Source: Phoronis australis (taxonomy: Eukaryota; Animalia; Phoronida). From it: a DNA stretch of 64,000 bases. Made by a program: the position numbers and the translations under genes. The DNA lies in NCBI GenBank assembly GCA_002633005.1, contig NMRA01000111.1, positions 462,866 to 526,865 of the forward strand. The letters run 5' to 3'. The notes under the pieces were generated by a model. That model searched no databases and had not been told where the DNA came from. It saw nothing but the letters and a program-made list of their open reading frames with translations. This document shows positions 24,126 through 37,091 of this stretch, in pieces (the first letter of the stretch is position 1; each line of letters starts with the position of its first letter).

Positions 24126-25877
24126 CCTCTATAGTTCCCAAACAGATTATTTTATTTAACGCGATTGTGCCAAATTGACACACGCAAAAAATGAGGCAAT
24201 TTGGAATGTTGTGACCACCTGTTCCTGGGTTCAGTTCCGTGCTGTTGCAAACTTCTTGCTTAGAATGTTCCTGTAATTTTCAAGGATCATCAAAGCTATT
24301 TTACTGTGTAAAGAAATAAATGTGATTAGGGTGTTGCTAAAAGACAACATAAAAATCGTAAACTGCAATACACTGAAATTAATTCTCCACCTTACATCTA
24401 AATTTCAGACAATGGACATTTGTGCATTCTCATACATCCCAATGCCCTTATCCACAACCTTCGCTTGGTCAGTTTCTATAGCGTTAGCATGAAATATCTT
24501 TTGCAAATGTCCTTCACGAAACGGCACTATTGCCAAATTAGTGTAAATGGTTGACTTAAGTCATTACTGGCTCTGTTAGAGACCCACGTTCCTAAAATCT
24601 TGTATTTATCTGGGAGGAGCAATTTAAATCCTCTTAACTCACACAATGTCCATGAGTCATTACATGACTGATGTTTATCTTGAGAGCATTACACTCCATG
24701 TTTTAATAACCTGGTTCAGCTCCCGGTTGTATCATAAATCAACTGACATAACAACCCAGCTATCGTATTTATTAGTAAATTGGTTAACCTGGAAATTAGT
24801 ACACAAAGGAGTTCGTAACTGCCTTCTTAGCTGTTTTTTTTTTACATTTTAGTAACTATGCGCCTACATGTATACATATGTAGATGAATGTTGCTGTCAC
24901 CTCTACTGTGCCTGGACGACCGTCGTCCGATGCCCGGTGCTGTATCTCCTAAATCCTTGGCCGGATCCTAATGAGATTGGGCAAATTGCGACAAATTTCG
25001 GACATAGTCGACTACCGCTCTCTCCTCTAATGACAAGATTAGTATGTATGCATCTGTGTCTTCAGAGATTCCCGATAGTTTGTCTTCTAAGGAGGCCACA
25101 ACATCATCCTATGTTGGACTGATTTGACATACATGTACTCTTCGCAACCGAGCGAGAATTGAAAATAAACCAAGCCCGTTTTTGCCCAGTGACTTCCGCC
25201 TCTTATGGATATGCAGCAAACCGTTCGAATTATAATTGTGAAATTGGACGTGTTCGACTTCTTTGAAAAACCCTAGAAGCGAATTCTGTAGTTTAGCATC
25301 TACGGATGTTTTTCTTAACCCCTTGTATGACTTTTGTTGATTTGATCCTGTGGAGCTGCTGTTAAGACATTGTAAAAAGGTATAGTGCAATATGTCTTAA
25401 CCCTCTAAATGTATGTAGACCTACGTTGAGATGGTTGAGAATTTCGGTTGTGGCAGAATTTTCCGATGAAATGAAAATATCGATTCAAAAGTATAGTTCC
25501 ACCTCGCTCTGGACACTCGTATGAAAAGGAGGCTCCTATTGCCTGGTAAAAGCATCAGCATTTCGGTCAAGAATTTTTTAACGCCAAAGGTTCAGAACTC
25601 GATTTCAATACAATGTAAATTATTTTCTCACATACATATATTAGCATAACGGGTTCTTTGATTCGGTCCGATGCCTGTTTTACAAAATGTATTTAAGAAT
25701 CATGAATGGATGTTTTTGTTGACAATACGCCAGTCCTTTTGTTCATTGTGTACATCTTCAAACATCTGCAAATTGTTGAAAATACAGCGTAATAAGTTGC
25801 AGATAGACCGTTGTCTTTATTCTTTTGGGTAGTCTATCCTATACGTGCAAATACATATATACTTGGATGTGTGTCAT

Positions 25878-25884
25878 TGCGCGC

Positions 25885-25931
<47 letters not shown>

Positions 25932-25943
25932 CGTGCGCATGTG
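25878..25943. repeat. (GC)n(GT)n(GC)n alternating purine-pyrimidine microsatellite
   Basis: Direct reading. Confidence 0.95.
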
Positions 25944-28207
25944 AGTGTATTTGAAATTTTCCTACACATTTAAATGAGAAACTATCGGATCACTCCATGT
26001 CGATAACCTTTCTAGGTCTGGCCTGTAAGGTACGGAATCTTCCTATACTCCTCTAAAACAATCTTTGCCTTGACTGTTTTTGTTCTGGAAATTAATGACA
26101 GCTGCGCACTGTTTAATTGACTGGATACGGTTCTGTGGTGTAAAACTTAGATACAAACATACGCCAATGGCACAGTGTGCTCAAAACGGAATTTTATATG
26201 CACATTTGAGGGGAACAATCCCGTGCAATCATTAAGAAGCGCATGGTCGAATGTTTATGACGTCATGAGCTCATTTTAAGCTTGATTTATCTCGGCAGGA
26301 AACTCAAACAGGGCGCACAAACGCTCAACACTTCTCCGTCACACAACACAAAGAAGCACAAATTAACATTTCGTAGTAATTGGGTCGATAATGTGCGATT
26401 TTAATTTCCATGAGGGGTGACGTACAAATTGCTATAAATTTAAAATGTTCTACAAACGGAAATTGTCAACGTCCATATACTACTCCAGTGTCATCAACGA
26501 AGCGATTGAACGAAAACGTTTCAACTGTATCCTTGAACTAGAAAACAGACACCTCAGTTTATCACATTTTCCGCGATACACTGTTCAACCACAAATTCAG
26601 TCACATCAGGCGTGTAGAGAATGTAACTGAACTAAATTTAAAATGTATGCATACAAACACAGCTTACAGTGCACTTTTCCTTTAAAGCCCAACACATGTG
26701 ACACTATAAGCGTGTCACTCAGACGTATTTCTTACATATTATAATTTATATTCTTAACTCACTTTATCAAAGGAGAGGTATGTTTTTACTTCAAATAGAA
26801 GATGCAAGAGGACTAATTATGTGCACTACACAGTAATTACGAAGTGTTGTTTAAACTCGGCATCTGGCATCATGCCCTTAGTCAGCTATTGCAACGAGCA
26901 AGTGTGAAAATGTTGTTAGAGGACCAATCGCTTTTACCTCTTCCCACAACACGCTCAATTACCACCAATTTTCCACTCAGGATGGTCAACCTTCACATTG
27001 TATAACCTTTGTCCGTAAGAGGTTCGTCAGGTGCCGTTCTCATGATCACCCGTCGGATCTCTTAGCTACCGAGAACTCAAGCACTTCTGTCGTCCTTTTC
27101 TAAATTGCGTACCCAGTTTAGGCATACACACGTATCGATGCACATGCAATTAAATTGCGGTGAGTATACTCTCGCTACCAGGGTCAAGCAGGAAATGGCA
27201 GTGAACTGCGTCCACGTCCTTACTCCAGAGCTTAACCAAAAGAGGCCCTAGCGTTAATTGGCTCGTAACAAAAGAAGTTACGTGTACCTGCATTTCGAGG
27301 CATGTGACCTGGGGCCGATGTGTAATCTTTGTACTCGAAATCGAATTCCAATATACTTTTGCGTATTTCGCACGAATTCATGGTGTCAATTACTCTGCAT
27401 TCGAGTATCATCCATTCGAATTTCTAATACAAGTTCGCACTAGATGACGACCAGATTCGAGCTGTCCGAGTTCAACTTCGAACTTTCAGCCTTGATGCTG
27501 TGGTCACAAACTAAACTAATTTTTGCTAACTCAAGACAAGTGTCTATTTATTCAATGATTTGGTACATATTGGCGTGCGTGAGTAACTGCTTAATTCTAA
27601 TTTTCAAAATGCCGACAAAGTAAAATCGAGTTAGATTTCGAGTAGAAATATTGGAGCTCATGTCAAGGTCTGTAACGGCTGCAGAAATCGATGGAAGTTT
27701 TTAAGCGAACACCGCCGGGGGTTGTTTATTTGATGTCGTGTCTACACATTCCGTGTATTTGTTTACGGCTTTGCAAACGATTGCTGGTTTCTATTATTTG
27801 AAGTTTGTGCATGAAGATTGGTGGTCCGACACAACTCTTCGAGTTAGGTATACTAAGTCGTACACGTCAATGGTAATTCAAGTTCATAGGCTGGAGTCCG
27901 AGAGTCGTTCGCGAAGACATGTTCGAAATATGGGAATGTATAAATGTAGACAAAAACTTGGCATACCTTGCGCTGGGCACTCCGGTAGCTACCTCACGAT
28001 TCTATTTGGGAGTGAAAAGAACATGGTGATCAGAGTGCGGTAGTTACGCTAGAGTCAGATTTTCAAACATGAAAATGAACCTAAAATAATCAAAGGGGCA
28101 CTCAGCAATCTTAGAGTCACTATGGTAGTAGTCAGTTTTTCCGAAATACATGTATGTATTTTTCTGAAGTTAAGCGTTCATCTATTGTGCCACGACATGT
28201 TGTCACT

Positions 28208-28294
28208 TCACGTGCATTTTCCCGGTTCCACACTTATGTTGTCAATGGCTAGGTCGCTGCGAGGCCCATACCCAACAATTGCTTCAAAGACAAT
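28208..28294 (-). CDS. Gene A terminal exon, MAM domain C-terminus IVFEAIVGYGPRSDLAIDNISVEPGKCT*
   Basis: cttttgcag acceptor phase 0; MAM signature IVFEA...DxAIDxI...GxC; TGA at 28210-28208. Confidence 0.9.
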   Translation of the reverse strand: MVFEAIVGYGPRSDLAIDNISVEPGKCT

Positions 28295-30384
28295 CTGCAA
28301 AAGAACAAAAGTATCGATTATTATTATTATTATATCAAAGAGACATTCTCTAGTCTTGTCACCTACACCCCAATGGGCATATCGCAAATCATTCCCCTCG
28401 GTACTCCTGTAATTCCAATTAAAATTGTGCAATTGTGCTCATCGATAATTTAAAGTTACTGGTGTAATATCTGAAGAGGTGCAAAACAGAGTAACCTGTG
28501 TCCGTTTCCAGTACTCTCACAAGGACTAATCGCACTGACGATGACGGAAGGATATCCATTTCAATATTCAACGGTGAAAGTGGTTATAGTTTTTAAGGAA
28601 CATTGGATCATGTCGTGTAATAATTTTGATACAAATAATTACTAAGATTAAAAGTGCATTGGGCATTAGAATAAGAGTGTGACAGCATTGAAACAACATT
28701 TTACAGGTCGATACCATTCAAAAGCTCTTTGGAGTGCCCTGGATCCTCAGTCAATACAAAGAACACTACGCATTCGAAAACTCTTATTGACATTCTCTGG
28801 ATAACCCCATTGAATGTAAAGAAATCTGCTCGTGTCGATAGAGATGTGAGCTTGAACGAGGCTGGACTTAGTGAGGGTTTCTTAACGAAGCTACTAGCAT
28901 GTGCAAGCTACTGAGATCGCGTGCTTCACTTATAGAACACGAAGATACCTCGATAACTCATAAAAAATCAAGTTTTGCGGATAGCAGTCCTGCCCAAGGC
29001 AAAATAAAACAGACAAGTTGCACGAGGCCATTTCGTATTGCATAATAATCACGCTCATTCGCTACAATATTCGCCATTTTCCATACGCCGTAATGTTTGT
29101 AAGTTGAGCTTGAGAAACATTTTTGCCGCCAAATCGGACCCTCGTCTTTTCTAACGGAATTTTAAGGAACTGAGTCTCTGTTTCAATAACTTAAAACCGG
29201 TAGGCGTATGCATTGATTATCATAATTCTTTTCTCCACTGAGACCATCTGGGACTAACTTCACTGCACGCCGCATTCAATCGATAAATCGAGAAAGTTTA
29301 AAAATGTTTAGACATACTAAAGCTCCTTGTCACTTTTTTAAACTTACATGAAACTCCGATCCAGGCAACACATTATTCAACCAATCGTATCAATCTCACC
29401 GTGAAAGTCAGAAAGATGGAACATCCTACTTTCACTGCACTAAAACTCAAGAGTGAGGTTTCGCCTAGTCATCAAATCAAGAGTCCGCAAGTTATTTTGA
29501 AATGCAGGGCTATGAAACTTTTGTGATATGTAAGCTCTGTGCCGCAAGAGAGTGTCGCTGCCTTGTCGTATGAAGGTATGTATAATTTTGTCAAGTTCTG
29601 TTAAGTTCTATTACTTTGTCCTCCATTGAAGAAGTAATGGAAAGGCTAACGCAGTAAACGCACGAATCTGGAAACTGAAAGCTTGATACAACACTCGGCC
29701 AGCCGGAAACCAACATGATTGCAACCTTCTTCATCATTGATTGGTCAATATATTGTGCGCAGTTTTATCCCATACGCGATGAAGCTGTGAAAGGAAATAC
29801 GGCCATGTAATAACGTTTTCGTATTCACCTCCCCACTACTTCAACAGTGACCTCTGAAAGTTCAAAAGGTAGGTCATTGTCAACTCGACGTCTTTAGCCG
29901 GTTCGATCACCAAACGTTCGGAAAATAGTTTAAAGTAATGCAATTATAGCAGTGTATATAACGCTCAACATACAATCAGGTCTCAATCGTAACATCTGGA
30001 ACAAGACTGTTAATTATATGACACTTCTGTCTCAATTTTCATTTGTTGAATATTTTATCGTTTGCAACTCGGGTGCCGATTCCTCGATAACTAAAATATC
30101 AAAAATTGTTGTTATTTAACTATTTTCAGGAGATGTTCAATGAAAAGTTACCCTTGTTTTCCTCTTTGTTGTCTATTTTTAAGTGATAAATCGTTGCATT
30201 TAAAACTGTTTCCTTTACTAGAGAAACTTGCAGCCTTACGCGCAAGTACATGCATATAGGATGTGATCCGCCACATGAACAGCCTGAGTGATGTATTTGA
30301 AAAATCTGCGGAGAAAATGAAAGAAACATAGGAATTCCAAACGTATGGGATAAATACAAAACCTACCTCGATTGGTGTACATGC

Positions 30385-30440
30385 AGTAATATCCCACGAG
30401 ACATTATTCGGCGTATCGGAATGTCTCGTGGGATATTACT
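30385..30440. repeat. Perfect 21-bp inverted repeat with 14-nt loop, core of a longer imperfect palindrome
   Basis: agtaatatcccacgagacatt ... aatgtctcgtgggatattact; imperfect pairing extends to about 30355/30470. Confidence 0.9.
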
Positions 30441-30904
30441 TCAGGTACGCCGAGTTCGTATGTTTTGTGTATATACTTCACAAACATAAAATTCTGAGCT
30501 CGTTCAAGCTGTCTCAAGAATAGGACAGTTGTCGAGTTTTGGGGGATTACTGTATTCATGCAACAATTGAAAAAATGCAGATTTTAGCTGACCTTTTTCA
30601 CGCTTACAAAGCGTTCATTTATGTTAAGTTGAGATGTATTGAGTTACCCTATATTAAAGGGCCGATTTGACGCATTGTTAATCTCGAGAAAAATTACGAT
30701 TTCAGTTGACTACCAGAACTGAGAAATGTAGTCAACGAAAGTCGTAGAACTAGCTCTTAGCTCGAAGATAGATAACTAAGTGTAGTTCTTCGTTCGAAGT
30801 GTGCAATCTTGACGATTTAAGAACTTTTTTAACACGGTGAACGATGATTGTCAGTTTCACTCTTACTCAGTACTGGTATTTATTTAGTATTACATTGTTT
30901 TTAC

Positions 30905-31158
30905 CTTGAACGACCGGCCACTGACACTAACATTGACGTTATTCATTGTCCACTGATTGCCTTTATCTCCTTGCAGCCGAAAAAGAGGGTAATAAAAGTT
31001 GTCGCCTGTAGCAGCAATCCTCAGAATTCCCATATTTGATCCGTACATATGGGAAGCAAACCTGACACACAGAGGTGTATCCGAAGGATAGCTTCTTGAT
31101 GAAACGAGTTTCGCTACCTTGTCGTAGTTTCCAGAGGCCTCGACGTAAAGGTAGTGAC
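30905..31158 (-). CDS. Gene A MAM middle exon (G)HYLYVEASGNYDKVAKLVSS...LCVRFASHMYGSNMGILRI...GDKGNQW...RSFK
   Basis: cttttaag acceptor, AAG|GTAAAA donor, 254 nt phase 1->0, open; MAM motifs YxYxEAS, CxxFxxHMYG, GxxGxxW; the ORF track shows a different frame. Confidence 0.9.
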
Positions 31159-32855
31159 CTTAAAAGACAAACACTATAATGAAAAAGCATTTGCCACAGG
31201 CTACTTACAATAAGCTTTTTGCTTAAGGTGATGTATCTCTTACTTTTATCCTCAAGAAGTTTTGCTCACACCAAATTGTACATTGTACCTCTTGTTTAGG
31301 GCTAAACTTTTACATAAAATTGGATTTTTTGAGTAATTGTTGTTCAGATGAATATCTTTGCAGCACTGTTATACAATTCTTATTTTTTGAAATATTAAAA
31401 TTCCCATATAATGATACGTAGTTCCTGATCAAAACGCCCGTGCAAACACCCAGGAATGTAACATCCCTGATTTAGCCAAAACTCCACAAAACTTTGAATG
31501 CTAACTAAGTAAAAATAGATTTCCTGAGAGTAGAAGGACTAGAAAATTAAATTTGTGACTTGATAGATACCGGTTCATATGATTCTTTTCAGTAAAGTTT
31601 ACCAAACAGAAAAATGCATTCATAGTAGAATATAGCTATCAAAACAATAACATCTTTCATTTTACGTAAATTCTCAAGATGGAACCTCAAAAATGCTGCA
31701 GTCATTTAAAAATCACTTTGAGTTTTCCATATAAACATAAGTGTTCTCATTTGACGTCCCTTATTCAAAAGTGGAGCATTTTGAATTCTAACAAGGTTTT
31801 GTAGAACAGTGCATACAGCATATTGATTGAAAGGTGAGTTGTTGATACATGTATAACCTTTAAAATGGACTTAAATACAGTGTATGATGCGGCATAGCCA
31901 CTATATTTCTAGCGGTGACCTTGAAAGTCAAAGTCACCAAATTCGACCTGATCCGAAAATGCTTATTGTAGTGAGCCTACGGCAGTTGAAACCCGGTTTC
32001 CCAAACGGGTAAAATCGGAAGCTAGGATTCATCAAATTTACGCTCTGTGACGTAGTTGTAGCCTATGACAGCCTTTCTACAAAATTGTGGTGCATTGCTA
32101 TCAACTTCCGTTGTTAAATTACAATAATTTTTCAAAAAATTGTGCGCCATCACAGGGCGAAAACTTGCCTACTGATGCGTCGCTGAATCGCGATCGTCAA
32201 TAGGAAAACTTGAACTCTTGAATAAAAATATAGTTTCGACTCAACAAATTACCTGAAATCTTCCTTATGTTTTACAATTTTTAAAGTTCATGTGGAGTCC
32301 AGATTACTTGCGATGAACACACATGTTGTTGTCACGTGACGTTTGTTTTGAAGTTCGTCTGCGTATGAGAGTGAGTGAGAGTGCGTGTGCGGGTCATCGA
32401 CGACAGACTTTTTTGTTACAAAAGGCGGAGGATTATGCAAGAAAATGGCGTTTACTAGATTGTTTTTCACTTAAACGGCTGCAACATGCAAGGTGAGTGC
32501 TGCCGGTTAGCTCACAGATTTTGTGTGCACAGGCCGACTGTCGGTAGCTCTGCCGTGGAGTATTAATAGTCCAAGGCTCGATCTACATGTTGGGGACGAG
32601 GTGAACTACCCGGGCTGTGTGAAATTTCTGGGTCTAACGGAGACACTGACGCAGTGGTCAACCAGCTCGCTGTATCAAGACTACTGTATAGTCAAAATCC
32701 AAATTCGTTTTATCGTGTCCCTGTCAATAATAACGGCATGATAAAGCCTTCTTAATTTTCGTACTTCGGGAACATAACAATCACGTGTTTTGTACACATA
32801 CGTGCACGCCGCAGATCACATCTCGGAAATTGCCGATTTGACTGATGACAATGAA

Positions 32856-35800
32856 CACCCCGGCCAACCCGCGATCGAGAACGACCGGAAAGCGATCGAG
32901 AACGAAACCAGTTGCGAGCAGCGAAGCCAGGCAAGGTGAGTAAATTTGATGAATTTACGTTGTTTTTACTTCCAATGAGAAAACAGAGACATGAGTTCAA
33001 GGCGTAACACATTGAGGAAGGGCAGGTAGAGGTTTGGGCTGGTGTCTGTTCCAATTATTGGAGATAAGTTACGTTGAACGAGGCAGCGCTTGAGTCAAAG
33101 GTGATTCGTATGTCATTTTGGCAAGTTGCGGTTATTTTTGGCATTAAATCAATAAATTGACCATGAAGTTATGAAGAACTGACTTGTGAAAATATAACAC
33201 ATCGCTTGTTTTTCGTAGTTTTCATAGGATCTCTGATTTTTCGACACTTTTCTGTTGAAAGATGCGATCGAGAACGCAAAGATAAGCGATCGGAAAGGCA
33301 TCGTTGTGTGCCGAACAGTTATGAACTTTTTACTTATAAAACGTGAAAAGGGTTACAAAATAAGTGTGGTGCAATGAATTAATCACATTTTGAGTCATTA
33401 CTGTTACTTTCGTTTCCAAACTAAACAATACCATAGCATTACCATTAAATTAAAATGAGCGACTGCATGTACATTAAGCCCTATTTTAATCATAAATATT
33501 TTCACAAATGAATTTATTTTCATTTCAGGAAACACGTTCACTGTTATTATTGTGAGGCGAGCTTCAACGAACAGATTAATCAGGGGGTGAAAGTACACCC
33601 TACCAGGGTTTTGGAATACAGACATATACTTTTAGACGAAACCAAATGGAAAAAGGGGTTCTAAACTAAGACTCACCCAGCAATTGTTCCATGTGGCGTG
33701 TAAGCCAGGAGTAAACAAATTGTTGATGCAGATGAAAGCAGTGGCGGATTTAGGAGGGGGGGTGTCAAGGGGGCCATGCCCCCTAAAATTCTCCCAGATA
33801 CCATTTGGCCGTGCGAATTGCCGACTAGCATATGCGCGCACCCAAGTGGGCTCGAGGGGTTAATGCGCAATTCGTAGGCCTTGAACAAACCCCGTGTCCC
33901 TTTTTTAGTAATAAGGTCCACAAACCCAAAAATTCGAGGCCCCTGCATCCCTACATTTTAGGCTGGGCACGCGCATGTGGCAAAATTCTGACTATTCCTG
34001 TGTCCTGCCCCCCAACTCAAAATTCTGGATCCACCCCTAGAATGCGACAAGATTGTGACAGCAAAAGAAAAAAAAACAAATACGCCAGTGAAGTTAAAGA
34101 ATGATGATGAGCGTGCCTGTGGGGAGCGAGAAGAGTGAGGCAACACCATTCGTAAGGTGATTCAAAGATTACCGCTCATGAACATCTGGGATTTAAAAAA
34201 AAATGCCAGAAATGGTGTTAACTGTTTTGCTGATAAAACGGGTGGTATTTTGTTGGATGTTTTACTGATATTATCGATACAGAGATGAACAGATTGACTT
34301 GTGGCACTTGTGTGGCTTGGATATACAACATATGTTTGACTCTTCTGTTTTGTGGTATTGGTCCTGAGTGCATCTTCAGTTCATGATCTCCAGTTTAACG
34401 TGACATTGAAAAAGAGTGAGGCGAGATATAATAACCTATTATATTGTGATTTTCTCAAAAACGTAGTTAAAATGTTGTCATTAACATCACTTCAAGACAC
34501 AATGTAGTGATTACACAGGAAATAAACAACAATATTGAAGCAATTCTATAATATTATTGATATTTTATCACACACCTCAAAATTGGTCATACAGAAAAAA
34601 GATATAAAACACTGCTTTAGGGAAATAAACATAACACATCCAGTATACATTTCCTACGAATTATTTTTGGAGTGTATTAGACTAAATCATCAGTGAATCA
34701 TAGACAATCTATTTCGGACAGGTTCATAATATAAAATTCTCTCACAGGGAATCAACAACAATATGAAAACAGTTTCTACAGTCATGGCAGACATATATTT
34801 TTCTTTTAAAATACTAATTGGTCATAACAATTGTATGTAAGAATCACCCAATGACACATAGAGTGGCCATTTAAATGTACCCAAACACAACAAAATGCAC
34901 TGGTTCTGTTAAAGATGCTGCTGAAATAACACAAATAGGAAAAAGGTTCAAAACAAAACGTCAAAATACTATCCTATCAGACAACTACCAACCATAAACT
35001 CTGTAAATCTGAATTGAGTTTCGTGACGTAACAACTTTCACTACTGGACTGAATAATTTTATTCATGGTGATTCTGACTCTCATGTCTGTAGAAAGAGGC
35101 ATACTCTTTGCATGACACATTCACAACAAGGAGTGTCCTCAGGCTTCCTCTTTCTGTGAAACATTGGTCGCAGATAGGACACTGAAACAACTTGATTCCT
35201 GAGCACTATGCTTCATATTTTGTTTTCTTATGCGGTAAAAAAAATCTTGTCCCATGCAACACGGGACTGGTAAAGGTCTTGCTTGCAGCTAGTGAGTGAC
35301 ATTGTGTTTTATTGTCATGTGGTTATACAAAAAAATTCTTCCTGAACGAAGCTCCACAACATATATGCATACACAGCCCTTTGTCACATGCAGCAGTTGT
35401 GCTACCGGTACTCTTTTTTGAAGGCGTGTATGTTAACACTCTGAAGGACTCCTCATGCGGCTACAGTTCAACTGAAAAATCAAACGCATTTATCATATTT
35501 GTGAGGCTAAATCTCACACAGAAATCATAAAAAACGGTGAAAGTATAACAAACAATTGACCTGTCAACTAATTCATGGTCGTATTATTCTAAAATTATTG
35601 ATATAACACCGTAACTTGAACAATTATTCAGGAAAATGCACAGAAAAAAATGTGCGTTCACGATCGCATTTTTTTGCGTTCACTATCGCCATGGAGAATT
35701 AACAGCTTCGTTCCCGATCGCCGTCTCACACAAGGACCTGGTTGTATCGGTAGATAGCTCGAATTGTTTCACAAATTATAACTAACAAAGGTGTCACCAG

Positions 35801-36148
35801 GGACGATTTAACTATAAATGTCACACGTGTCCACTGAAGAACCCAGGAATTGCTAATAACAAGGAGAAATTGACGAACTTACGAGACGCAAGTCATTTTA
35901 CCGAAAGCCATTGCATTCTGCGGTCTCTATTTCAAAAAATAGCAAAAGCCAAGTATCACTTCTGATCCACTACAAAGGCTAAGCTCTGACGCTTTTCGGT
36001 GTGTCGCATTGGTACCAAAGTAGCCTCTATTTAAGAAGAAAATAACACTTAAACTCACCTGGTACTTCACTGCCGTCTGCCATTTTTGGTGTAAGGTCTC
36101 GTTCTCGATCGCCTTCCGGGCGTTCTCGATCGCGGGTTGGCCGGGGTG
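32856..36148. mobile_element. 3.3-kb DNA transposon, 54-bp TIR starting CACCCCGGCC, 5-bp TSD ATGAA
   Basis: TIRs match 51/54; atgaa at 32851-55 and 36149-53; subterminal GCGATCGAGAACG repeats; PHD remnant on + (34240-34386), C2H2 remnants on - (about 35130-35400). Confidence 0.9.
33739..34039. mobile_element. MITE (CAGTGGCGGAT end) containing a nested MITE at 33831-33977
   Basis: Outer flanks gaaag/gaatg, inner flanks tagca/tggca (4/5 matches); inner TIR like the 4788 family. Confidence 0.65.
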
Positions 36149-37021
36149 ATGAATAAATAGTATTACAATGAAATTAACAACGTCGTTTTACAGCTTGTAA
36201 GATTCATAATAAACGTACGTATTTTGAATATTGCAATGCATGTGTTCCAAAATCTAAAAAACTTGGGTCCTATATTTTTGTATTAGAGCGTGCCGAATGA
36301 AAGTAATCGTGAGTGTTGCTGTGTTGCAAAATCTCTTATCCTGGGCCGATTTGAAAAATTCAAAGTTGTACTCATATTTGTTTTCGCTCCTCCTTTCAAA
36401 TATTACAGTAAACACTACGTAAAACTCTCTCCATAAAAAGTACAGTCTGCTAGCTAGATTGTAATCAGCTGATCATATCCGCATGAGCGAAGCCAATTAT
36501 CCTCGCTCGTGACTCGATGACTAGAGCAGCTTGGCGGCATCCCTTTGATCGTGAGCAGAGTGCGACTCAGCCAAGGTGGATAAATACGGTCTACTTCAAT
36601 TTTCCATACCCCACCGTTTACCTTAACCACTGGGGTTAGGACCAATCTTATTTAGTGGGAATGTTCATAGCATATGGCAATTTCTCTGCTACTTTTCGAG
36701 CAAACTCAAGATAAGTGGTTATTAGACAGTGCTCGAATACTTCATAGTTTACGCATATTAGATTCTAGTCCAAGTTTGCACTTGACGACTGTAATATTTG
36801 TGCTACAAACTCGGGTAAAAACTCGAAATTTCGAGTTCAAACTCAATTTTTTTGGATTTAGCAACTGCAAACTAGGACTAAATGAATTATCTACGTAAGT
36901 CTTTATGTACTGGAGCATAGAATAATAGACACTTATACCACAATATTAGCCTGGGATGGTAGATACAACTGTGTATTAACCCACAAAGTTACCTCACTAG
37001 TGTGACAACATTTTGGCCGGA

Positions 37022-37091
37022 TACCGAGGCCGGATTCGAACCAGAGCCTCAACAGTTGCGAGTAGCCGACTTTACCACTACACCACTCAGC
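37022..37091 (-). other. tRNA-like sequence (SINE head or tRNA pseudogene)
   Basis: A-box TGGTGTAGTGG, B-box GGTTCGAATCC, partial acceptor stem; anticodon stem mispaired. Confidence 0.6.

Noticed and set aside
19763-24948. Possible 5' exons of gene C at 24901-24948, 24219-24270 and 19763-19780
   Set aside because: Open and partly phase-compatible, but no domain signature, some weak splice sites and no convincing signal-peptide exon
37022-37091. Functional tRNA gene (also 24052-24125)
   Set aside because: Anticodon and D stems do not pair properly; treated as SINE-derived
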